A stretch of DNA of 64,000 nucleotides from an uncultured Actinomycetes bacterium (GCA_963840195.1 CAWIYD010000015.1:8112-72111), one strand, 5' to 3'. Shown: positions 27,640 through 36,857, numbered from the stretch's first letter. Translations and numbers: made by a program. Notes: a model not told the origin generated them from the letters alone.

Positions 27640-29541
27640 GTGACCAGGCTGCGAATTGCCCTCGCCCAGGTGAATTCGACCGTCGGCGACCTGGCCGGCA
27701 ACGCCGCGACGGTGCTCGAGTGGAGCCGCCGCGCGGCGGAGGCCGGGGCCGCCCTCGTCGTGTTCCCGGAGATGATGCTCACCGGGTACCCGGTGGAGGA
27801 CCTCGCGCTGCGCGCCTCGTTCGTGACCGCGTCCATGGCCACGCTGGAGGACACCGCCCGGCAGCTGGCCGCGGGCGGCCTGGGCGGCATCGCGGTGGTC
27901 ACCGGCTACCTGGGCCGGCGGGCCGGGGGCACGCCCCGGGCCGGCGAGCCGGCCGGCGCCCCGCAGAACGCCGCGGCCCTGCTCTACGGCGGCGCGGTCG
28001 CGGTGACCACGGCCAAGCACCACCTGCCCAACTACGGCGTGTTCGACGAGTACCGCTACTTCGTGCCGGGCGACCGGCTGCCGGTGGTCCGCGTCCCCGC
28101 CAGTGCTGGCCCGGGGGCGCGACCCCCCGGAACCCCCCGCGATCCGCTGGCTCGGAGAGACCCGCCTTCGGCGGGCCCCGCCTCGCCAGCGGCGGTGGAC
28201 GTGGCCATCGCCATCTGCGAGGACCTGTGGCAGGACGGCGGCCCGGTGGCGGTCACCCGCCAGGCCGGGGCCGGCCTGCTGGTGGTGCCGAACGCCTCCC
28301 CGTACGAGCGCGGCAAGCACGAGGCCAGGCGGCAGCTGGTCGCCCGCCGGGCCCGCGAGGCGGGGGCCGCGCTGGCCTACGTGAACATGATGGGCGGCCA
28401 GGATGAGCTGGTCTTCGACGGGGACTCGATCATCGTGGACGCGGCCGGCGAGCTGATTGCCCGCGGGCCGCAGTTCGAGGAGGCCCTGCTGGTGGCCGAC
28501 CTGGACCTGCCCGCCGCCCGGGACGACATCCTCCCCGGCGGGGACACCGCCGCCGACCCCAGCGACGGCACCGTGATGACCGTGCACCGGGTCACGCTCG
28601 GTGCCAGCCCGGGTGGGCCACCCCCCGGAACCCCCCGCGATTCGCCGGCCGCCGCCGGGCCGCTGGTGGCACCCCGGCTGCCGCCGCTGGCGGAGGTCTA
28701 CGCCGCGCTGGTCACCGGCGTGCGCGACTACGTGGGCAAGAACGGCTTCCGGTCGGTGATCCTGGGCCTGTCCGGCGGGATCGACTCGGCCCTGGTGGCC
28801 ACGATCGCCGCCGACGCGCTCGGCCCGGAGCGGGTGCACGTGGTGCTGATGCCGAGCCGGTACTCCTCGGAGCACTCGGTCAGCGACGCGGAGGACCTGG
28901 CCAAGCGGCAGGGCCTGCAGGCCCGCACGGTGCCCATCGCGGCCATGGTGGACGCGTTCGAGGGCGAGCTGGACCTGGCCGGGCTGGCCGCGGAGAACCT
29001 GCAGTCCCGGGTCCGCGGGGTGATCCTGATGGGGCTGAGCAACGCCGAAGGGCACCTGGTGCTCACCACCGGCAACAAGAGCGAGATCGCCACCGGGTAC
29101 TCCACCCTGTACGGGGATTCGGCGGGCGGCTTCGGCGTGATCAAGGATGTGCTCAAGACGCTGGTGTGGGACCTGGCCCGGTGGCGGAACGAGCAGGCCG
29201 CGGCCCGCGGGGAGACGCCGCCCATCCCGGAGAACTCGATCACCAAGCCGCCGAGCGCCGAGCTCGCCCCCGGTCAGCTGGACACCGACTCCCTTCCCGA
29301 CTACGGAACCCTGGACGCGCTGCTCGACGACTACGTGGAGAAGGACCTGGGCGCGGCGGAGCTCATCGCGGCGGGGCATGACCCGGACCTGGTGGACCGG
29401 GTCATCCGGCTGGTGGACCGGGCCGAGTACAAGCGGCGGCAGTACCCGCCGGGCACGAAGATCACGCCGCGCAACTTCGGCCGGGACCGGCGGCTGCCGA
29501 TCACCAACCGGTGGCGCGAACCGCACCCGGGCGCTAGCTGA
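27640..29541 (+). CDS. nadE: glutamine-dependent NAD+ synthetase
   Basis: GTG 27640 gives VTRLRIALAQVNSTVGDLAGN.... CN-hydrolase domain (VVFPEMMLTGYP, KHHLPNYGVFDE, AIAICEDLW). Synthetase domain with LGLSGGIDSALVA, ...LTTGNKSEIATGYSTLYGDS..., ...KRRQYPPGTKITPRNFGRDRRLPITNRW. The ORF is intact despite two repeat-derived insertions (see findings). Confidence 0.95.
   Translation: MTRLRIALAQVNSTVGDLAGNAATVLEWSRRAAEAGAALVVFPEMMLTGYPVEDLALRASFVTASMATLEDTARQLAAGGLGGIAVVTGYLGRRAGGTPRAGEPAGAPQNAAALLYGGAVAVTTAKHHLPNYGVFDEYRYFVPGDRLPVVRVPASAGPGARPPGTPRDPLARRDPPSAGPASPAAVDVAIAICEDLWQDGGPVAVTRQAGAGLLVVPNASPYERGKHEARRQLVARRAREAGAALAYVNMMGGQDELVFDGDSIIVDAAGELIARGPQFEEALLVADLDLPAARDDILPGGDTAADPSDGTVMTVHRVTLGASPGGPPPGTPRDSPAAAGPLVAPRLPPLAEVYAALVTGVRDYVGKNGFRSVILGLSGGIDSALVATIAADALGPERVHVVLMPSRYSSEHSVSDAEDLAKRQGLQARTVPIAAMVDAFEGELDLAGLAAENLQSRVRGVILMGLSNAEGHLVLTTGNKSEIATGYSTLYGDSAGGFGVIKDVLKTLVWDLARWRNEQAAARGETPPIPENSITKPPSAELAPGQLDTDSLPDYGTLDALLDDYVEKDLGAAELIAAGHDPDLVDRVIRLVDRAEYKRRQYPPGTKITPRNFGRDRRLPITNRWREPHPGAS
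28108..28192 (-). repeat. E-element copy inside nadE (glutaminase domain), translated in frame
   Basis: GGCCCGGGGGCGCGACCCCCCGGAACCCCCCGCGATCCGCTGGCTCGGAGAGACCCGCCTTCGGCGGGCCCCGCCTCGCCAGCGG is the reverse complement of the 40.9-kb unit. It encodes ...GPGARPPGTPRDPLARRDPPSAGPASPAA.... Confidence 0.85.
28608..28648 (-). repeat. partial E-element copy (G/C-hairpin half) inside the nadE interdomain linker
   Basis: CCCGGGTGGGCCACCCCCCGGAACCCCCCGCGATTCGCCGG matches one half of the element. It encodes ...SPGGPPPGTPRDSPA.... Confidence 0.75.
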
Positions 29542-30571
29542 GCAGCAGCACGGCGTAGCAGGCGAGCCAGTGCTCGACCGCGTAGTCGTCCCCGATCACG
29601 TGCGGGAGGGCGGCCTGTGCGTGGGTGCGGGCGGCGGCCAGGGCGGGCCCGGTGCGCGGGTCACCGGCCGGCAGCATGGCGGCGATGCGGCGCCAGCACC
29701 ACGCCCGGCTCGCGTTCAGGCCATGCAGGTGGGCGATGTGCCCGTCGCTGGAGTCGGAGACCACGGCCGGGGTGAAGAGGGCGGCGGGCTGACCGCCGGC
29801 GATGCCGGGCAGGAAGACCGACAGCCAGCTGGCGAACTCCGCCTCGGGGAGCACCTGGGCCATCAGTTCCGCCTCGGTCAGCGCCGGTGACAGGAAGTCC
29901 TGCCCGGAGGGCTCCCAGTCCCCCGGGTAGAGCGTGTCGCTGGCGAACCAGTCCTGCGCCTTCACGGTGATCGCGGTCAGCAGCGCCGGGTCACCGGCGG
30001 CCGCCTGGAGCCGGGCGTAGGGCAGCGCCCGGGACAGGCCGAACGCGCTGTTGCCGTGCACCCCGTGGCGGACCGGGTAGGTGGCCTTGGGCAGCCACTC
30101 CAGGAACGCGCCGCTGACCGCCCCGGCCAGCGGCGCCAGGGCGGCCGCCCAGCGCTGGCCGTCCGGCCCGGCCAGCGCCTGGGCCTCGGCGGCCAGCAGC
30201 AGCGCCCAGCCCCAGCCGTACGGGCGCTCCGACCGGCCGCCGGGGCCGCCGATGAACTCCGCCTCCGCGGCCAGCGCCACCGGGCTGAACTGCTTGTCCA
30301 GCGCGGCCCGGACCTCCGCCGCGGGCACCGCGTCGCTGGCCACCCGGAGCAGCCGGATCAGCAGCCAGTGCATCTCCACGCACGAGTGCCAGTCGTAACT
30401 GCCGTAGAACACCGGGGTGCGCGCTCGCGGCCGGTACGGGAAGTCACCCGGCGCCGTCATCGTGTGGTACACCCCGGAGGGGAACTCGCGCCGGATGTTG
30501 GCCAGCGCCACCTCCGCGTAGCCGCCCGCGCCGGCGCGCAGCAGGTCAGCCCATTCCTCCGTCAGCTCCAC
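29534..30571 (-). CDS. DUF2891 domain-containing protein
   Basis: Start at GTG 30571, preceded by AAGGAGG 8 nt upstream. VELTEEWADLLRAGAGGYAEVALANIRREFPSGVYH...YGSYDWHSCVEMHWLL...HGNSAFGL.... The 3' end overlaps the nadE stop by 8 nt (convergent). Confidence 0.85.
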   Translation of the reverse strand: MELTEEWADLLRAGAGGYAEVALANIRREFPSGVYHTMTAPGDFPYRPRARTPVFYGSYDWHSCVEMHWLLIRLLRVASDAVPAAEVRAALDKQFSPVALAAEAEFIGGPGGRSERPYGWGWALLLAAEAQALAGPDGQRWAAALAPLAGAVSGAFLEWLPKATYPVRHGVHGNSAFGLSRALPYARLQAAAGDPALLTAITVKAQDWFASDTLYPGDWEPSGQDFLSPALTEAELMAQVLPEAEFASWLSVFLPGIAGGQPAALFTPAVVSDSSDGHIAHLHGLNASRAWCWRRIAAMLPAGDPRTGPALAAARTHAQAALPHVIGDDYAVEHWLACYAVLLLS

Positions 30572-30668
30572 AGCGTGCCAGCCCTCCTTGACGCGGCCCG
30601 GGTGCACGGCCCGGGTACCCCGGAACCGGCGCACCGGGATGGATGCCCGGCACCAGGCTGCCCTACGC

Positions 30669-31499
30669 CTACAGGTCCGCGTGCCCCGACACGCAGGTGC
30701 GCGCCGCACCGCCGACCCAGACCTGGCCGGACGGGTCGGCGGATATGTGCACCCGCCCGGCCCGGCCCAGCGCGGTGCCCTGGCTGGCCACATAGGGCGC
30801 GGTGGCCCGGCCGGAGGCGAGCAGCCACTGCGCGAGCGAGGCGTTCAGGCTGCCGGTGACGGGGTCCTCCCCCGCTCCGCCGATCAGCGGGGTGAACGCC
30901 CTGACCTCGAAGGCCTCCGGGGAACCCGGCGGGTACGGGCCGGCCACGCCGATGTCCATCCCGACCTCCGCGGGCCGCAGCGCCAGCACCGCCGCCGCGC
31001 TGCCGAGCAGCACGGCCACCCAGCCCGGGCCGTTGTCCGCCCAGGCCAGGTCCACGATCTCGGGCCGGCCGATGCCGAGCTGCGTGGCGATGCGCCCGGC
31101 CAGCGGCTCGTCCACCGGGCCGGAGCGCAGCAGCGCCGGCGCGGCGAATGCCAGCCGGTCCGCATCCTGGCGGATCTGGACCAGCCCGGCCCCGCATTCC
31201 TGAACGACCACTCCGGGGCGGGCCGCCGCCCCGCCGGCCTCGAGCCAGGCGTGGCAGGTGCCGAGGGTCGGGTGGCCCGCGAACGGCAGTTCCCGGGCCG
31301 GGGTGAAGATGCGCACCCGGTAGTCCGCCCCGTCACTGGCGGGCGGCAGCACGAACGTGGTCTCGGACAGGTTGGTCCAGTTGGCGAACTGCTGCATCTC
31401 GTCGCTGCGCAGGCCGTCGGCGTCGAGCACGACCGCAACCGGGTTGCCCCGGCACGGCTGCGAGCTGAACACGTCGACCTGGCTGAAGGCTCGTCGCAC
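30669..31499 (-). CDS. PhzF family isomerase-like protein
   Basis: Intact 276-aa ORF: ...VDVFSSQPCRGNPVAVVLDADGL...SETTFVLP...RIFTPARELPFAGHPTLGT...EDPVTGSLNASLAQWL.... Confidence 0.9.
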   Translation of the reverse strand: MRRAFSQVDVFSSQPCRGNPVAVVLDADGLRSDEMQQFANWTNLSETTFVLPPASDGADYRVRIFTPARELPFAGHPTLGTCHAWLEAGGAAARPGVVVQECGAGLVQIRQDADRLAFAAPALLRSGPVDEPLAGRIATQLGIGRPEIVDLAWADNGPGWVAVLLGSAAAVLALRPAEVGMDIGVAGPYPPGSPEAFEVRAFTPLIGGAGEDPVTGSLNASLAQWLLASGRATAPYVASQGTALGRAGRVHISADPSGQVWVGGAARTCVSGHADL

Positions 31500-31528
31500 A
31501 GGGGCGAGTCTGCCATGCCTGCCGGGAG

Positions 31529-32197
31529 TCAGCGCGCGGCCAGCCCGCGGAGCAGCTCGTCAACGACCCGCTCCGCGTAGGCCGCGGAAACCGCCTCCGG
31601 CTGGTCCTTGCCGCGGGCCAGCACCGCCCCGGTCAGCATGAACAACGCCGCCTCGATGTCGGTGTCCGGGCGCAGCTCGCCGCCGGCCACGCCGCGGCGC
31701 AGCACGGACCGGATCACGTTCCGGCGCGGCTCCACCACGGTCTCGGTGTACTTCGACATCAGCCGGGGGAACTTCGCGCCCTCGCCGAGCAGCAGCGCGA
31801 ACTGCCGGGCCTGCCGCGGGTCGGCGTAGTCCGCGGCCAGCGCGGCCAGCAGCGCGACCAGGTCGTCGCGGACGGATTCCCCGCCCGGCTCGGGCAGCGG
31901 GGCCTTCAGCGCCGCCAGGGCGTCCAGCAGCATGTCTTCCTTGCCCGGCCAGCGCCGGTAGATCGTGGCCTTGCCCACGCCGGCCCGGGCCGCCACCTTC
32001 TCGATGCACAGGCCCTCGACGCCGTGCTCGGCGAACAGGGCCAGCGCGGCATCGATGATGGCCCGGTCGGCCCGCTCGCTGCGCGGCCGGCCCGGGCGGC
32101 GCTGCTCAGCCGCCGGGCTGGTGCCCGCGCCGCGGCCGGGGGCCGGGCCGTGACCCGGCCCGGTCCCCTCGACGACGATGTCGTCCGCGGTGTGCAT
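31529..32197 (-). CDS. TetR/AcrR family transcriptional regulator
   Basis: Internal ATG 32197. HTH ...RAIIDAALALFAEHGVEGLCIEKVAARAGVGKATIYRRWPGKEDML.... Starts 4 nt after the MFS stop (operon). Confidence 0.9.
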   Translation of the reverse strand: MHTADDIVVEGTGPGHGPAPGRGAGTSPAAEQRRPGRPRSERADRAIIDAALALFAEHGVEGLCIEKVAARAGVGKATIYRRWPGKEDMLLDALAALKAPLPEPGGESVRDDLVALLAALAADYADPRQARQFALLLGEGAKFPRLMSKYTETVVEPRRNVIRSVLRRGVAGGELRPDTDIEAALFMLTGAVLARGKDQPEAVSAAYAERVVDELLRGLAAR

Positions 32198-32201
32198 GGC
32201 C

Positions 32202-33886
32202 TCAGCCTTCCACGCGTGCCTCGGCACCGAGCACGGCCGGGATCTCGGCCACGACGGTGTCCTGGCGACCCGCGTCCTGCGCGGCGTCGGGCTGCGCCGC
32301 GGCGGCAGCCGCCCGGCCCGGCATCCAGATCAGCACGACCAGCGCACCGAGCAGGGTGATCACCGCCGAGATCAGGGTGGTGACGTGCATCGCGTGCACG
32401 AACGCGGTGTTGGCATAGCTGTCCAGCCGGGCTCCGGCGCCGCCCAGCCGGGCGGCCACCGCCTGGGTCGCGGTGATCGAGCCGGTGGCCGCGGTCCGGG
32501 CCGTGGCCGGCACCGCGGTCAGGTGCGGGCTCAGCTGGCCCCGGTACACCTGGGCCAGGATCGAGCCCAGCACCGCGACGCCCAGTGCCCCGGCGACCTG
32601 GCGGGCGGTGTTGGTCAGCGCCGATCCCGAGCCGGCCCGCTCCCGCGGCACCACCGACATGACCGCCTCGGTGGCCGGCGGCATCACCGAGCCCATGCCC
32701 GCGCCCTGGATGAAGAAGATGACGCCCAGCACCCAGATCGGCGTGCTCAGGCCGAGCAGCAGGTAGCCGAACAGCGCGACGGCCACGGTGATCAGCCCGG
32801 TCGCGGCGACCGCCTTGGTGCCGTACCGCCTGACCAGCCGGGAACTGCGCGGTGCCATCAGCATCTGGCCCGCCGCGAACGGCAGCGTCAGCACGCCCGC
32901 GTACAGCGGGGTGTAGCCGCGCACGCTCTGCAGGTAGAAGCTGAGGAAGAACAGCGCGCCCATCATGCCGAAGAAGACCAGCCCGAGCGCGCCGACCGCG
33001 GAGGACAGCCGCGGGTCACGGAACAGCTTCACGTCCAGCGACGGGTGTGACTGAGCCGGGTCTCGTACCAGCCGAACAAGGCCAGCACCGCGAGTCCCGC
33101 GACGGTGATGCCGAGCACGTCCCAGTGGATCCAGGAGCCCTTCTCGCCGCCCTGGATGATGCCGTACACCACGAGCACCAGGCCGACGATGGACATCGCG
33201 ACGCCCGCGTAGTCGATCCGGCCCGGGTTGGGGTTCCGGGACTCCGGGACGAGCAGCAGGATGGCCAGCACGCCGGCCGCGGTGAGCGGCACGTTGATGA
33301 GGAAGACCGAGCCCCACCAGAAGTGGGCCAGCAGCAGGCCGCCCACGATCGGGCCGATCGCCACGCCGATGCCGACGGCGGTGGCCCAGATGCCGATGGC
33401 CTTGGCCCGCTCGCGCGGGTCGAAGACGTTGGAGATGATGGACAGCGTCTGCGGCATGACGGCCGCCGCGCCGAGGCCCATGGCGGCCCGCGCGAAGATC
33501 AGCTGATCCGGGTTGCGCGAGTAGGCGGTGATCAGCGAGAACACGCCGAACGCGGCCATGCCGAACATCAGCATCTTCTTGCGGCCGATCCGGTCGCCGA
33601 TCACCCCGAAGGTGAACAGCAGGCCGGCGAAGACCAGCGTGTAGGAGTTGATCCCCCACTCCAGCTGGCTCTGGCTGGCGCCCAGGCCCGCGGGCTTGGG
33701 CTCGGCGATGGTCTTGAGCGCGACGTTGAGCACCGTGTTGTCCAGCACGATGGCGATCAGGCTGATGACCAGCACGCTGAGGATGGCCCAGCGGCGGCGG
33801 TAGATCCTGTCGGCGGCGGCCGACCTGGAGGGCGGGAGGAGCGCCCCGGCGGGCCCGGAGCCGGGCCCTGCATTGCGGTTAACCAT
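32202..33886 (-). pseudogene. MFS transporter (DHA2/EmrB-QacA type, 14-TM), one frameshift near 33040
   Basis: N-terminal half (33886-33029): ...LDNTVLNVALKTI...GDRIGRKKMLMFGMAAFG...MPQTLSIISNVF.... C-terminal half continues in another frame from ...HPSLDVKLFRDPRLSSAVGALGLVFFGMMGALFFLSFYLQ... to 32202. Confidence 0.85.
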
Positions 33887-34163
33887 GGGGTCCTTCTGGG
33901 TCAGTGGTCTGTCACGTCATCGCCGCCCGGGAAGGCCGGCGCGGCCGGTGGTGTTTCCCGGGACAGGCGCCCGGCGGATCGGGCCGCCGGGAAGCTATCG
34001 ATACGGAACCAGCCCGTATCGGAAAAGATTCCCGCCGGCCGGGGCGATTTCCGCCGGGACTTCCGGGCGGGACTTCCGGGGGTTACCTCCGGCGCCCGCC
34101 GCGTGCCATCATCGAGAGGTCCGGGGACGCCGAAGCGGCGCCACGAGACCAGGAGGATCAAGG

Positions 34164-35195
34164 ATGAATGCCCTTGCCCGGGGCCTGGGCACGGCCGCGA
34201 CCAGACCGCGGACCGGCACCCCAGCCCCAGCCGGTGACCACCACCCGGCCAGCTCAGTATCCGCCCCGGCATCCAGCCCCGGAACCACCGCGCCTGACCC
34301 GGCCGGCCGCCGGCCGGGCGGCGCCCAGCCCGCCAGCACTCCCCCGCCGGCCACGCCAGGCGGCGGGCCGGCGGCCGGGCCGCTGTACGGCGGCCGGGCC
34401 GGCCGCCGGGTCACCGTGAACGACCTCGCGGCGGCCAAGGCCCGGGGCGAGAAGTGGCCGATGCTCACCGCCTACGACGCCCTCACCGCGCGTGTCTTCG
34501 ACGAGGCCGGCATCCCGGTGCTGCTGGTCGGCGACTCGGCCGGGATGGTGGTGTTCGGGCACGAGACGACGATCCCGGTCACGGTGGACGAGCTCATCCC
34601 GCTCACCGCCGCCGTGGTACGCGGGACCCGGCGCGCGCTCATCGTCGCGGACCTGCCGTTCGGCTCCTACCAGGCGTCGCCGGAGGCGGCACTGGCGGCC
34701 GGCATCAGGTTCCTCAAGGAGGCAGGCGCGCACGCGGTCAAGCTGGAGGGCGGCCACCGGGTGCTGCGGCAGGCCGAGGAGCTGGTGGCGGCGGGCATCC
34801 CGGTGATGGCGCACCTGGGGCTCACCCCGCAGTCGGTCAACGCGTTCGGCGGGTACCGGGTGCAGGGGCGGGGCGAGGACGGCGAGCGGCTGCTGCACGA
34901 CGCCAAGGCGATGGAGGCCGCGGGCGCCTTCGCCATCGTGCTGGAGTGCGTGCCCGCCGACCTGGCCGCGCGGGTCACGGCCGCGGTGTCCATCCCGACC
35001 ATCGGCATCGGCGCGGGCCCGGACTGTGACGCCCAGGTGCTGGTGTGGCAGGACATGGCCGGGCTCAGCCCGCGGACGCCGAAGTTCGTCAAGCGCTACG
35101 CCGACCTGGCCACCGTCCTGGGTGACGCCGCGCGCTCCTTCGCGGCCGACGTGACCGGCGGCGCCTTCCCCGACGAAGCCCACTCCTACCGCTAA
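34164..35195 (+). CDS. panB: 3-methyl-2-oxobutanoate hydroxymethyltransferase
   Basis: ATG 34164 preceded by AGGAGG (34151-34156). Conserved body ...[40 protein letters not shown]...ADLPFGSY...AVKLEGG...[14 protein letters not shown]...[19 protein letters not shown].... The first roughly 60 codons are a Pro/Ala/Gly-rich extension, so the true start could be further downstream. Confidence 0.9.
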   Translation: MNALARGLGTAATRPRTGTPAPAGDHHPASSVSAPASSPGTTAPDPAGRRPGGAQPASTPPPATPGGGPAAGPLYGGRAGRRVTVNDLAAAKARGEKWPMLTAYDALTARVFDEAGIPVLLVGDSAGMVVFGHETTIPVTVDELIPLTAAVVRGTRRALIVADLPFGSYQASPEAALAAGIRFLKEAGAHAVKLEGGHRVLRQAEELVAAGIPVMAHLGLTPQSVNAFGGYRVQGRGEDGERLLHDAKAMEAAGAFAIVLECVPADLAARVTAAVSIPTIGIGAGPDCDAQVLVWQDMAGLSPRTPKFVKRYADLATVLGDAARSFAADVTGGAFPDEAHSYR

Positions 35196-35227
35196 CGCCG
35201 CCCGGCGCCGGCGCGGTGCGCGGGCGG

Positions 35228-35908
35228 TCAGATGTCGGTGAGGCGCAGGCCGGCGTGGGCCTTGTACCGGCGGTTCACCGAGACCAGGTTGGCGGTGAGC
35301 GCCTCCACCTGGCCGCAGTTGCGCAGCCGCCCGGCGTAGATGCCGCGTACTCCCGGGATCCGGGCGGCCAGCGCCTGCACCAGGTCGGTGGCCTCCCGGT
35401 CATCGCCGAGCACCATCACGTCCAGGTCCACCGTGGTGACCTCGGGGTCCAGCAGCACGACCGCGGACACGTGGTGGAACGCCCCGACCACCCGGCTGTC
35501 CGGGAGCACCGCGGCGGCCTGCTGCGCGGCGCTGCCCTCCTCGACCGGCAGCGGGTAGGCGCCGCGCTTGTCGAAGCCGAGCGGGTTGACGCAGTCGATG
35601 ACGATCTTGCCGGCCAGCGCCCCGGCCAGGGCGGCCAGCAGGTCCCGGTGGCCCTCCCACGGCACCGCCACGATGACCAGGTCCGCCTCGCGGGCCGCGT
35701 CCGGGTTGGCCAGGCCGCGGATCCCCGGTGCCCCGCCGAGTTCCGCCGCCGCGGCCTGGGCCCGCTCGGCGCTCCGCGACCCGATGATGACCGGGTTCCC
35801 GGCCGCGGCGAGGCGGCTGGCCAGCCCGCGTCCCTGGTCCCCCGTGCCGCCGAGGACAGCGATCGTGAGCTGGGCAACGTCGGGGGATGCTTCGTGTTCG
35901 GCGGCCAT
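35228..35908 (-). CDS. npdG: NADPH-dependent F420 reductase
   Basis: Intact 226-aa ORF. Rossmann motif IAVLGGTGDQGRGLASRLAAAGNPVIIGSR, ...DLVIVAVPWEGH..., ...VSVNRRYKAHAGLRLTDI. Confidence 0.85.
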   Translation of the reverse strand: MAAEHEASPDVAQLTIAVLGGTGDQGRGLASRLAAAGNPVIIGSRSAERAQAAAAELGGAPGIRGLANPDAAREADLVIVAVPWEGHRDLLAALAGALAGKIVIDCVNPLGFDKRGAYPLPVEEGSAAQQAAAVLPDSRVVGAFHHVSAVVLLDPEVTTVDLDVMVLGDDREATDLVQALAARIPGVRGIYAGRLRNCGQVEALTANLVSVNRRYKAHAGLRLTDI

Positions 35909-35955
35909 GACCCTAGATCCTGCCAGAGGCGTTCCGTGCGTGACACGATGGGCCG

Positions 35956-36537
35956 ATGGACGCCGAGCAGGTGGCCGCGCTGCGCGCGCTGCTAGCGCCG
36001 ACCGGCTGGCTGGAGCAGACCGCCGCGTTCGCCCGGGCGCTGCGCCGGTCCCGTACCCCCGGCGGGCTGCTCGTGGTGGGGACCCCGGCCGAGGAGCCCT
36101 GGCACCTCACCGCGCACCTGGCCGAGGAGAGCCGGCTGGCCGGCCTGCCCGGCCTGGCCCCCACCCTGGTCCGCTGGGCTCCCCCGCCGGACGCCCCGCC
36201 GCACCTGCGGACCGGCGTGCAGCGGCTGGAGCAGGCGGCGCGCGGTGAGACCGTGCTCGTGGTCAGCGCCGGGCCCGCGCCGGGGCCGCTGCTGGAACGG
36301 GTAGCGGACGCCCGGAAGAGAGCCACCGTGCTCGCCCTCGACCAGGATGACCCGGAACTGGACCAGCTGGCCCACGAGGTGCTGGCCGTGCCGCCCGGCA
36401 CCGCCCCGGTGTCCTTCGACGCCGCCCAGCACCTGGTCAGCTCGGCGGCCGGCCAGCGCGCCACGGAGTCCCGGCGCGGGCTCCGGCAGTGGCTGAGCCA
36501 CGTCCTCGACACGGTCAGCGGCCCCGCCCCCGGCTGA
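35956..36537 (+). CDS. conserved hypothetical protein (weak SIS-domain-like pattern)
   Basis: Intact 193-aa ORF with typical codon composition. The pattern GLLVVGTPAEEPWHLTAHL...ETVLVVSAGP...ARKRATVLAL is reminiscent of SIS folds. No firm family. Confidence 0.5.
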   Translation: MDAEQVAALRALLAPTGWLEQTAAFARALRRSRTPGGLLVVGTPAEEPWHLTAHLAEESRLAGLPGLAPTLVRWAPPPDAPPHLRTGVQRLEQAARGETVLVVSAGPAPGPLLERVADARKRATVLALDQDDPELDQLAHEVLAVPPGTAPVSFDAAQHLVSSAAGQRATESRRGLRQWLSHVLDTVSGPAPG

Positions 36538-36568
36538 CCCGCGCCGTCTCCCCGCCGGGGTCTCTGCT

Positions 36569-36618
36569 GTGCGCCCGCCCGGTGCGCCCGCCTGTGCGGC
36601 CGCCCGGTGCGGCCGCTC
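36569..36618. repeat. four tandem 12/13-bp units GTGCG(C/G)CCGCC(C/T)(G)
   Basis: GTGCGCCCGCCCG GTGCGCCCGCCT GTGCGGCCGCCCG GTGCGGCCGCTC read directly, just downstream of the stop at 36537. Confidence 0.7.
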
Positions 36619-36633
36619 ACACTGCCTAGATTA

Positions 36634-36666
36634 CCTATTGACAATATAGGGAAAGTCTCTGACGAT
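36634..36666 (+). promoter_or_regulatory. AT-rich promoter/operator-like patch upstream of ssuC
   Basis: TTGACA (36638-43), 17 nt, GACGAT (36661-66). The -35 is embedded in the inverted repeat CCTAT-n7-ATAGG (36634-36650). It is the only AT-rich patch between 36537 and 36858. Confidence 0.3.
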
Positions 36667-36857
36667 GGGCGCATGGCTCATCTCCCGCTCCTGGTTTCGT
36701 GCCGCTACGTCGATCTGGGCCGGCGACGGTGCGCGGCGTGCCTGCCCCGCGCCGCCGCTCCCCGCTGAGCAGCCACCGCCCGTACCAGCCGCGTCCCGCG
36801 GGCCAGTCACGAGCTGCGCCCGCCCGCTGGCTCCCGCTACCACCAGCGAGGTCCCTC

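Noticed and set aside
28108-28192. Classifying the element as a MITE with target-site duplications
   Set aside because: A CGCCAG(T/C)G string occurs at both edges of the nadE copy, but one of them is part of the element consensus. The glnE, 48.6-kb and 57.2-kb copies show no matching flanking duplication, and there is no transposase in the window. I therefore report it only as a palindromic repeat family.
27625-29526. 633-aa ORF on the minus strand
   Set aside because: Antisense to nadE. No recognisable motifs. An Arg/Gly/Pro-rich GC artefact.
36660-36857. Riboswitch (SAM-type) in the long ssuC leader
   Set aside because: I could not find the conserved SAM-I or SAM-IV core sequences or a convincing multi-stem junction by eye. 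A covariance-model scan would be needed to revisit this.
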